A DNA stretch of 44,021 nucleotides from an uncultured Roseivirga sp. (GTDB taxonomy: Bacteria; Bacteroidota; Bacteroidia; Cytophagales; Cyclobacteriaceae), in NCBI GenBank assembly GCA_963977345.1, contig CAXBPM010000001.1, positions 1 through 44,021 of the forward strand, read 5' to 3'. Of the stretch, positions 27,029-34,492 are shown in pieces. The position numbers were made by a program, and so were the translations under genes. Numbering within the stretch: the stretch's first letter is position 1; each line of letters starts with the position of its first letter. The notes under the pieces are model-generated. The model was not told the DNA's origin, did not search any database, and saw only the letters and a list, made by a program, of their open reading frames with translations.

Positions 27029-28513
27029 ATGCTCAGGGGATTTCTGGTTTCCATCTACGCATTTTGGTGTATTAACGCACAAGCTCAAGAGAGGTCTAAT
27101 TCAATTTTAGACATTGAATACGTTGTTGAATTTGATAACGTAACGCTTAGTGCTGCTCTGCGCCAATTGAATCGGCAGACGCAAATCAATTTTTCATATA
27201 ATACTATGATCATTCCGAAAATGGATAAATTTTCGGTTACGTATGATGGTGTCTCACTGCGGGCAATCCTAGAAGATATATTATCCAAAGCCAATCTCTA
27301 TTATAGAGGGGTGAATGGAACTATTGTGATCCTCAAGCAGCCTTCCACGGATAGAACAATTAAGGGACGGGTACTTGACGTGGAGACCCAAACCCCACTT
27401 CCTTTTGCCAATGTGTTTATTGACAATAGCACCTTTGGAGTGGCCACAAATGTTGAGGGCTATTTCGAAATTAAGAATATTCCTTATATCGCTTTTAACC
27501 TTGTCGTGTCCTATGTTGGATATGAACCCAAAACGATTCCGTTCAATTATAAACAGCCATTAGAAAACAACACTTTTATAATTGAAATGAATGTTGAAGA
27601 AGTGGCCTTAGAGCCGGTTGAAGTTTCGGCCAACAAGACTAGAAAGCAACGTAAAAGTGACCGAAGACTTCTGAAAAGGTTTGAAGAGGATTTTTTAGGT
27701 AGAGATAGCAACGCTAAAGATTGTAGGATTGTTAACCCAGAAGTGCTGGATTTCTTTGTGTTAGATTCTCTGAATAACTACGAAGTAACGGCAAACGATA
27801 AGTTATATATTGAGAATTATGCCCTAGGTTATCAAGTGAGTTACATTCTGGAAGAGTTCACTTTTATTAATGGCACCAAAACATACATTGGCAAGGCACA
27901 GTTTACGGAACTTGAACCAAAGTCGAGAAAGCAAAATGCAAGATGGGAAGAGGCCCGAGGGAAGGCATATTATGGGTCTGTTAACCATTTTTTGAATTCC
28001 TTGATCGAAAGTAGAGTTGCGGAGGAAGGTTTTTTGGTGAATACCGTTCAATTCGATTCTGTTACTTCAGAATACAGTACCCCGCTAAACCCTGCCAAAC
28101 TATCTGAAATCATAAGGCTTGAACCATCTGATAAGGATCTGGAGTACAAATTACTAGGCTCGCCTAATATAGAAGTTACGTATACAAAGGGCTTTGAAGA
28201 CGAAGAATACAAGAAGCTTTTTAGAAGTAAGTCTAAAAGTGGAAACTATAAATACACCGATCAGAAATCGAGGTCAACAATTTCCTTGAGTAACGATCAG
28301 AGCCTTACCAGCTATCAAGTTGTGGGTATGGACATTAGTGATGTTCCTCTGTTTCAAAAGTCCGTGATCCTTTTTCAAGAAAAACAACCACTGATTGCCT
28401 TTCCTGGCTATTTCAGCAGTAAACGAGCATCCCTATATTTGGGCTGGTGGACATGGGGAGGCTTTTCAGTAAAGCTGCCTTTAAACTTTAGGCCCAATGT
28501 ACAAGACCAATAA
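27029..28513 (+). CDS. Exported protein with STN domain, carboxypeptidase-regulatory-like domain and uncharacterised C-terminal domain
   Basis: Signal peptide ending AQA; FDNVTLSAALRQL...INFSYN...SLRAILEDIL (STN-like); IKGRVLD..TQTPLPFANV...SYVGY (CarboxypepD_reg-like). Only 494 aa. Confidence 0.82.
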   Translation: MLRGFLVSIYAFWCINAQAQERSNSILDIEYVVEFDNVTLSAALRQLNRQTQINFSYNTMIIPKMDKFSVTYDGVSLRAILEDILSKANLYYRGVNGTIVILKQPSTDRTIKGRVLDVETQTPLPFANVFIDNSTFGVATNVEGYFEIKNIPYIAFNLVVSYVGYEPKTIPFNYKQPLENNTFIIEMNVEEVALEPVEVSANKTRKQRKSDRRLLKRFEEDFLGRDSNAKDCRIVNPEVLDFFVLDSLNNYEVTANDKLYIENYALGYQVSYILEEFTFINGTKTYIGKAQFTELEPKSRKQNARWEEARGKAYYGSVNHFLNSLIESRVAEEGFLVNTVQFDSVTSEYSTPLNPAKLSEIIRLEPSDKDLEYKLLGSPNIEVTYTKGFEDEEYKKLFRSKSKSGNYKYTDQKSRSTISLSNDQSLTSYQVVGMDISDVPLFQKSVILFQEKQPLIAFPGYFSSKRASLYLGWWTWGGFSVKLPLNFRPNVQDQ

Positions 28514-28543
28514 TCTTAGCGCTTAACGACTTGTATGTATCCT

Positions 28544-30658
28544 CTATGAGAAAATGTTATAGGTGATAAGTGCCGAGATATAGGCGACTGCGGTCATATA
28601 AATGGTTTGGATTATCGGCCACTTCCACCCTTTAGTTTCTCTATACACAATTGCTAATGTACTCATGCATTGCATCGCAAAAGCATAGAATACCATGAGT
28701 GAAAAGGCAACCGCTGGGGTGTACATAGCTTCACCTGTTTCAGGATTTTTTTCCTGACTTAACCTTTCCCTTATTGTCACATCATCATCATCACTGGCGC
28801 CAATACTGTATATGGTGGACATAGTGCCTACAAAAACCTCTCGTGCCGCAAAGGAAGTAATCAGAGCTATTCCTATTTTCCAGTCATAACCGAGTGGACG
28901 AATTGCGGGCTCTATAATTTTACCGAATGAACCAGCAACAGAGTATTCAAGCTTATAGGAGCTTAGGGCAATTTCATATTCTTCTTGAGATGCATTTACG
29001 CCAATGTTTTGCCTAACGTTCGCTTCCGCATTTCGGAAATTATCGTTGAAACCATAGGAGGCCAATACCCACAATACGATAGAGATAGCGATGATTATTT
29101 TACCGGCTTCAAACACAAAGGTTTTTGACTTATCGTAAATGGTGAGACCAATATTCTTCCAGCTTGGAATTTTATAGCCTGGCAATTCCATGATGAAGTA
29201 AGACTTTTGATCGCTCTTTAGGATGAGTTTCATTACGTAAGCCGAACCAATAGCAGCCAAAAAGCCTAGAAGGTATAAGGCTTGAAGCACTAAACCTTGA
29301 AGGTTAAATATGCCAATCACCTGTTGATCGGGAACAACTAAGCCAATTAGAATAGCATAAACAGGTAATCTGGCTGAACAACTCATAAAAGGAGTGACAA
29401 AGATGGTGATGAGTCTGTCCTTCCAGCTTTCAATATTTCTGGTGGCCATAATGGCCGGAATAGCGCAAGCCATTCCGCTGATTAGTGGCACTACGGATTT
29501 TCCATTGAGACCAACTTTTCTCATCAGCTTATCCATAAGGAAAACTGCTCTGGACATATAGCCACTCTCTTCTAAAAGAGCAATAAAAGCAAATAGAATA
29601 GCGATTTGGGGGATAAATACGAAAACACCAGCAAGTCCAGCAAGCACACCATCGGTGAGCAAATCAGAAAGAATGCCTTCAGGAAGAACATCTTTCACCC
29701 AGCCACTAAATTCTGCTATTGATCCTTCAATAAGGTTCATAGGTGCTTCTGCCCAAGCGAAAATGGCCTGGAAAATGAGCATGAGTACCGTAAAGAAAAT
29801 GAGGTACCCAAAAACAGGGTGAGTAACCACCCTGTCTATTTTTTGGCTTACAGATTTCTTTAGTGGGTCTTGTGAATTTTTTACATTTCTATCTACAATA
29901 TCAGAAATGAGCTGGTACCTACCCAAGGTTTCTTGAGACTGAGTTGGCACATCATAGAAACCATTTTCAGTTTTTATTTTGGCAATTTTCTCCTTTTCTT
30001 CCTCCGTCAAAAAATTCAAACGCACTGATTGTTGTGCGTATTGGTAGGCACGGTAATTTTCAGTGAGGTCAAATTCTACTTTGATTACATCTATGGTTTT
30101 AGGTGCTAAATCATAGATATCATAGAATGGCCGCTTACTCTTGATCAGGGGCTGAGTGAGGGCTTCTTTTAAAGCCGCTACTCCGTGGCCATTGTGCGAG
30201 TTCGTTGGAATAATTTTTATTCCTAAGTCAATGGAAAGGCCTCTTAGGTCAATGTTGAGTTTCTTAAGTTGGGCAACATCCATCATGTTGAGCACCAAGA
30301 CTAATGGAATACCTAAATCCCTTATTTGAGTAAAAAGGAGGAGGTTTCTTTTAAGGTTGGAAGCATCGGTAACTACAATTACCTTATCAGGATATTGTGG
30401 ATGCTCAGGGTCAAGTAGAATGTCTTGAACAATCTGCTCATCCAATGTTTTTGGGTAGACACTATAAGTACCAGGAAGGTCAATAATTTCGGCCGTGGTG
30501 CCATCGGGTAGTTTTGAGAACCCAGATTTCTTATCTACAGTTACTCCAGGGAAATTTCCCGTTTTTTGATTTAGCCCAGTGAGTAAGTTGAAAAGTGTTG
30601 TTTTTCCAGAGTTAGGATTTCCAACAAGCGCAATTTTAATTCTGTCCGCCTTTGTCAT
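28544..30658 (-). CDS. feoB: Ferrous iron transporter B
   Basis: GNPNSGKTT, NFPGVTV, DLPGTYS and NMMD G-domain motifs; LEESGYM, PFMSCSARLP and AAREVFV. Confidence 0.98.
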   Translation of the reverse strand: MTKADRIKIALVGNPNSGKTTLFNLLTGLNQKTGNFPGVTVDKKSGFSKLPDGTTAEIIDLPGTYSVYPKTLDEQIVQDILLDPEHPQYPDKVIVVTDASNLKRNLLLFTQIRDLGIPLVLVLNMMDVAQLKKLNIDLRGLSIDLGIKIIPTNSHNGHGVAALKEALTQPLIKSKRPFYDIYDLAPKTIDVIKVEFDLTENYRAYQYAQQSVRLNFLTEEEKEKIAKIKTENGFYDVPTQSQETLGRYQLISDIVDRNVKNSQDPLKKSVSQKIDRVVTHPVFGYLIFFTVLMLIFQAIFAWAEAPMNLIEGSIAEFSGWVKDVLPEGILSDLLTDGVLAGLAGVFVFIPQIAILFAFIALLEESGYMSRAVFLMDKLMRKVGLNGKSVVPLISGMACAIPAIMATRNIESWKDRLITIFVTPFMSCSARLPVYAILIGLVVPDQQVIGIFNLQGLVLQALYLLGFLAAIGSAYVMKLILKSDQKSYFIMELPGYKIPSWKNIGLTIYDKSKTFVFEAGKIIIAISIVLWVLASYGFNDNFRNAEANVRQNIGVNASQEEYEIALSSYKLEYSVAGSFGKIIEPAIRPLGYDWKIGIALITSFAAREVFVGTMSTIYSIGASDDDDVTIRERLSQEKNPETGEAMYTPAVAFSLMVFYAFAMQCMSTLAIVYRETKGWKWPIIQTIYMTAVAYISALITYNIFS

Positions 30659-30661
30659 GTC

Positions 30662-30883
30662 CTAATCTTCAATCATGATACAAGCTGCTTCATCTTTTCT
30701 GAGCGACAGGCAATAGCCAGAAACGCCAATAGCAATCGGGTCGCCAAAAGGAGCGATAAGGTCTACAGAAACTTCTGTTCCGGGCAGGCAGCCCATTTCG
30801 ATAAGTTTGACTGAAAGAGTGTCATCTTTAAACCCATTTATGATTCCTCTCTCGTTTTTCTTTAACTCTGCTAGACTTCTCAC
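30662..30883 (-). CDS. feoA: Ferrous iron transport protein A
   Basis: KLIEMGCLPG, APFGDPIA and LSLRKDEA. GTG at 30883 preferred over TTG at 30922 because the extension contains a palindromic operator-like site. Confidence 0.93.
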   Translation of the reverse strand: MRSLAELKKNERGIINGFKDDTLSVKLIEMGCLPGTEVSVDLIAPFGDPIAIGVSGYCLSLRKDEAACIMIED

Positions 30884-30893
30884 GGCTCTATGC

Positions 30894-30916
30894 TTATTTA
30901 GATTAAATATAAACAG
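30894..30916. promoter_or_regulatory. Palindromic iron-regulator (Fur-like) operator upstream of feoA
   Basis: TTATTTAGATTAAATATAAACAG has 8 of 11 dyad pairs and lies 10 nt upstream of the feoA GTG. Confidence 0.65.
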
Positions 30917-30999
30917 TCGCAATTTACTAGAGTCAACGCTGATAACAAAATAGAGATGGCTTTAAGGTTAATCTATTTTAAGCAGGGGGAAATAAAAGG

Positions 31000-32340
31000 T
31001 TATTTGGGGCTCAATATCCATTTAGAATGCCTGAAAGGCTGCCATTTCATTAGGGTGAGATCTACATCAGGATCAATAATGGCATGTCGGGAACTTCCGT
31101 TTAGAGAGACGCTGGTATTGGCATAAACCTCTATGTCTGCTATTCCGTCTTTTTTGTAATGCTTTTCCATCCATCTGGCCATTTGCCAGATCATATCGGG
31201 TTTTGAGGCTGCTGCTGCAACTTGTTTGGCCGTAAAGAAATCTAAAGGGTCCACTCTCCATGTTTTATTTGTTTTTGGATCTTTTACCTCAAAATCCAAA
31301 TTTCCATATTTGATTCTTAACATCATTCGCCACGAAAGTCGATGCCCTTCTTCCGTCCAAGAAACATCACCTTTATAAAGGTGATGCCGAAGGGGTAAAT
31401 AGATTTGAAAGCCGAAGTAAATAGCGAAAACTACGGCTAACGCTAGCCTACCGGCTTTGAGTTCGGTTTGCTTATTATTAGAAAGCCCTATCAAAGTCTT
31501 TTTAGGGAAGAAGTTTTTTCTGATGGTTTCGGGATTGAAGAATAGCACCGTGATGCCAATCATCATAAATGGGAAAATACCAATCTGAAAAACCACTGCA
31601 TTGAAGATGTGGAAGACTATTGAAGTGATGAAGGCGATGACCCTCGTTTTCTTCCAAAGGAGGAAATAGACAATGAATAAATCGAAGCCAATACCACCAT
31701 ATATAATCAGATTTTGGAGCGATTGCTTTTGTAGGAGGTCGCCTATTAACCAGTATCCTTTTTTTGAACCCAATGCAACTTGAATAAAGTGCCCTTCAAT
31801 CCAACCTGGGTAAATTTTGTTAATAGCTGCAAATGTGAAAACAATCCAGAGCTGGATAATGAAAATGTTTATGCACCACCTTGGGCAGGTCAGGCTTACC
31901 ACGGAACTCCATCTTTTTGCATCTAATGAGGCATAAGCATGGGCTGGGACGCAGAGCATGAAAAGGCAAAGAAGGATAAGCAGGTAATAATGATTATTGT
32001 AATGCGATTTTTGCATCCAATAGACCAGCGTCCAAAGAATAGTGAAGAGACTAAGGCTAAGCCTATAGCGATAGCCTACCATAACACATAAACCACAAAT
32101 GGCCATTAATGCGAAATAGGCGTACATTCCACCGCCATTTAAGGGTTGGAGCCACTCTAAACCTATGAGGGTAAATGTAAAACTGGGCTCAATTAGGGCC
32201 TGTTTAACCCAACCTGTAAGTATAGCGCCAAAGGTTTCAGCGAAAATCAGAAAGCCGAAAATCATTCGAAATAATACGAGTGGAGAATTGTCCACTGGAT
32301 CGAATTGCTTTTGAATGATTCTGGAAAAGAAATTCAACAT
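31000..32340 (-). CDS. HTTM-domain protein (vitamin K-dependent gamma-carboxylase-like)
   Basis: LVLFRMIFG, YNNHYYL, AAINKIYPGWIEG, QIGIFP, WTEEGHRLSWRMML, PDMIWQMA and VSLNG..IIDPDVDL. Confidence 0.92.
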   Translation of the reverse strand: MLNFFSRIIQKQFDPVDNSPLVLFRMIFGFLIFAETFGAILTGWVKQALIEPSFTFTLIGLEWLQPLNGGGMYAYFALMAICGLCVMVGYRYRLSLSLFTILWTLVYWMQKSHYNNHYYLLILLCLFMLCVPAHAYASLDAKRWSSVVSLTCPRWCINIFIIQLWIVFTFAAINKIYPGWIEGHFIQVALGSKKGYWLIGDLLQKQSLQNLIIYGGIGFDLFIVYFLLWKKTRVIAFITSIVFHIFNAVVFQIGIFPFMMIGITVLFFNPETIRKNFFPKKTLIGLSNNKQTELKAGRLALAVVFAIYFGFQIYLPLRHHLYKGDVSWTEEGHRLSWRMMLRIKYGNLDFEVKDPKTNKTWRVDPLDFFTAKQVAAAASKPDMIWQMARWMEKHYKKDGIADIEVYANTSVSLNGSSRHAIIDPDVDLTLMKWQPFRHSKWILSPK

Positions 32341-32395
32341 ATTTCTAATCTATACAATTTTGGAATTTTAAACAGGAATATTCGGTTATAAAATC

Positions 32396-32560
32396 ATGAA
32401 AGAAAAAAAGACTCGAGCTTCAAAGAAAGAAAAAGAGGAGCCTAAAAAAGACCCAAAGCTTGATGAAAAAGAGTTGCAAGACACCGAAAAGGAGGATTTT
32501 GATTTTGGAGGAATTCCGAAGGACGTTCCTTTTAAAAGAAATATTGGTTGCGGTGGTTAA
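32396..32560 (+). CDS. Small unannotated protein (54 aa) ending in GCGG
   Basis: MKEKKTRASKKEKEEPKKDPKLDEKELQDTEKEDFDFGGIPKDVPFKRNIGCGG; ATG in A-rich context; fits between the HTTM start and the rsmI stop; absent from the supplied ORF track. Confidence 0.75.
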   Translation: MKEKKTRASKKEKEEPKKDPKLDEKELQDTEKEDFDFGGIPKDVPFKRNIGCGG

Positions 32561-32568
32561 TTGGGCGT

Positions 32569-33243
32569 TTAAACCTTTCCTTCAACCAAAACCACAAACT
32601 CACCTTTCACGCCCTTGGTTGTGAAATGATCAATCAATTCGGATAAAGTACCTCGAACTGTTTCTTCAAACATCTTCGAAATTTCTCTCGACACTGAGGC
32701 TTTTCTGTCTCCTAAATGTTCTTTCAGTTGCTCTAAGCATTTAATCAGTCGGTGAGGCGATTCATAAAGGATTATGGTTCGCTCTTCTTCCGCTAACTTT
32801 ATCAATCTTGTCTGACGCCCTTTTTTATGCGGAAGAAAGCCCTCAAAAACAAAACGATCAGATGGTAGCCCAGAGTTGACCAAAGCTGGCACAAAGGCTG
32901 TGGCGCCCGGCAAACAGTTGACTTCGAGGCCAGCCTTTAACAGCTCTCTTACCAGTAGAAAGCCAGGGTCTGAAATTGAAGGTGTACCAGCATCAGAGAT
33001 GAGTGCAAACTTTTCGCCTGCTTCCATTCTACTGATTAGTTTTTCAACGGTTTTGTGTTCGTTGAAAATATGATAGCTCTGGAGTGGCTTGGTGATATTA
33101 TGATGCTTTAAAAGCTTGCCAGAAGTACGTGTGTCTTCCGCCAAAATAACATCCACTTCACTCAAGATTCTCAAGGCTCTTAAAGTGATGTCTTCAAGAT
33201 TTCCAATGGGAGTGGGTACTAGGAATAGAGAAATCTCAGACAT
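32569..33243 (-). CDS. rsmI: 16S rRNA C1402 2'-O-methyltransferase
   Basis: VPTPIGNLEDIT, AEDTR, SDAGTPSISDPG, FEGFLP, YESPHR, REISK and KGEFV. Confidence 0.97.
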   Translation of the reverse strand: MSEISLFLVPTPIGNLEDITLRALRILSEVDVILAEDTRTSGKLLKHHNITKPLQSYHIFNEHKTVEKLISRMEAGEKFALISDAGTPSISDPGFLLVRELLKAGLEVNCLPGATAFVPALVNSGLPSDRFVFEGFLPHKKGRQTRLIKLAEEERTIILYESPHRLIKCLEQLKEHLGDRKASVSREISKMFEETVRGTLSELIDHFTTKGVKGEFVVLVEGKV

Positions 33244-33247
33244 CAGA

Positions 33248-33478
33248 TTAGATTAATTGGTCAATTTTACTGGCCAGTTTACGGTCCTTGTCTGTAATAG
33301 TATTGCCAGCATCATGGGTGGTCAATTCAATTGTAACTGAATTATACACATTCGACCAGTTTGGGTGATGGTTCATTTTTTCCGCACAAATGGCAACCTT
33401 GGTCATAAAACCAAAGGCTTCTACAAAATCGGTAAATTCAAATTTACGAACGAGCTTATTGTCTTTTTCTTCCCACAT
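33248..33478 (-). CDS. phhB: Pterin-4-alpha-carbinolamine dehydratase
   Basis: [13 protein letters not shown], AEKMNHHP and [14 protein letters not shown]. Confidence 0.93.
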   Translation of the reverse strand: MWEEKDNKLVRKFEFTDFVEAFGFMTKVAICAEKMNHHPNWSNVYNSVTIELTTHDAGNTITDKDRKLASKIDQLI

Positions 33479-33481
33479 ACC

Positions 33482-34165
33482 TTAGTTTTTAGCTGTAATA
33501 ATGTATTGATATTGTAGACTCTTATTGTCAGTCTCCGTATTTGAGAAACCTGCTTTTTTCAAAGATTGTTCTAATGTTTTGCTCGAAACCTTGGCTTCAT
33601 CAGAAGGGCCTACAGGAATATCACCCGTTTTGAAATCTATGATAAGCAAAGTTCCTCCTTTCTTCATTCCCTTTTTGAGTCGGTTTAGATATTCATCCTT
33701 ATTGGGAATATAGGCATAGGTGTTTACAATCAATACAACATCTACCTCATTGTCGAGTAAATTAGGTACATCTGCAGGAGTGAGTCGTGTGTCAATGTTA
33801 TCTGCCCACTTGCCTACAATTGACTTCTGGTTTTGTATGTATTCGAGTGAATTGGGATCAATATCTAAAGCGATCACCCTTTTCGCTTTTCTGGCAATTT
33901 TGAATGTGAAATATCCAGACCCGGCTCCGACATCGGCTACGGTTTTATTGGTTAAGTCACCCAATAGATTGATTACAAACTCAGGGTTTTGCCATTCTGT
34001 TCTCCCTTCGTCTTCTTGTAATTCAAGTGATTCCTGACGCTCGTTTAAAACTTCTGGAACTAGTTCTTCTTTTTGTAATTGTGGAGAGTCTATGCCTTGT
34101 TCTTTAGGTTTACTAGAACAAGACCAGAGTAAAATGATGAGCAATATGTAGGATGATGACTTCAA
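33482..34165 (-). CDS. Class I SAM-dependent methyltransferase with lipoprotein signal
   Basis: TTG start; ILLIILLWS-C lipobox; WQNP, VADVGAGSGYF, VIALDID and GGTLLIIDF. Confidence 0.88.
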   Translation of the reverse strand: MKSSSYILLIILLWSCSSKPKEQGIDSPQLQKEELVPEVLNERQESLELQEDEGRTEWQNPEFVINLLGDLTNKTVADVGAGSGYFTFKIARKAKRVIALDIDPNSLEYIQNQKSIVGKWADNIDTRLTPADVPNLLDNEVDVVLIVNTYAYIPNKDEYLNRLKKGMKKGGTLLIIDFKTGDIPVGPSDEAKVSSKTLEQSLKKAGFSNTETDNKSLQYQYIITAKN

Positions 34166-34167
34166 AA

Positions 34168-34434
34168 TTATAGGGCTATGATTCCTTCAATCTTTGCAGC
34201 TTCGACATATGTATCAATGATGGCATCGCTAGAAGGCATCATCAATTGGGCGGTAATACTTACATATTTCCCTTTACTGGAAGCCTTGGTTTTTACATCA
34301 TGGCCTGGAAAAAGCTTTTTTACGTCATCTTGCTTTTCGTCTTCCACAATAAACTTAAACATGTATAAAGCTGGAAAGTTAAGGGTGCTCTCTAGTTTTT
34401 CCTTAAAATTCTCTGAAGTGAATTTTTGCATCAC
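34168..34434 (-). CDS. DUF493 (YbeD-like) family protein
   Basis: FPALYMFKFIV, SSKGKYVSIT and IEGIIAL. Confidence 0.88.
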   Translation of the reverse strand: MMQKFTSENFKEKLESTLNFPALYMFKFIVEDEKQDDVKKLFPGHDVKTKASSKGKYVSITAQLMMPSSDAIIDTYVEAAKIEGIIAL

Positions 34435-34457
34435 GCTAAGTTAAGGCAGGAAGGGGC

Positions 34458-34485
34458 AAAAAAAAATCGGCCCGAAGGCCGATTT
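34458..34485 (-). terminator. Intrinsic terminator ending the envelope operon
   Basis: Minus strand reads AAATCGGCC-TTCG-GGCCGATTT-TTTTTT: a C(UUCG)G tetraloop with a 9-T tract. Confidence 0.92.
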
Positions 34486-34492
34486 AATATTT

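Noticed and set aside
27029-28513. Third gene of the trio as a truncated susC pseudogene
   Set aside because: The ORF is intact, its C-terminal region shows no plug or barrel remnants, and feoB ends 30 nt later, leaving no room for a lost barrel fragment.
32552-32560. Selenocysteine read-through at the GCGG end (thioredoxin reductase-like GCUG)
   Set aside because: The codons are GGT TGC GGT GGT TAA; there is no in-frame TGA.
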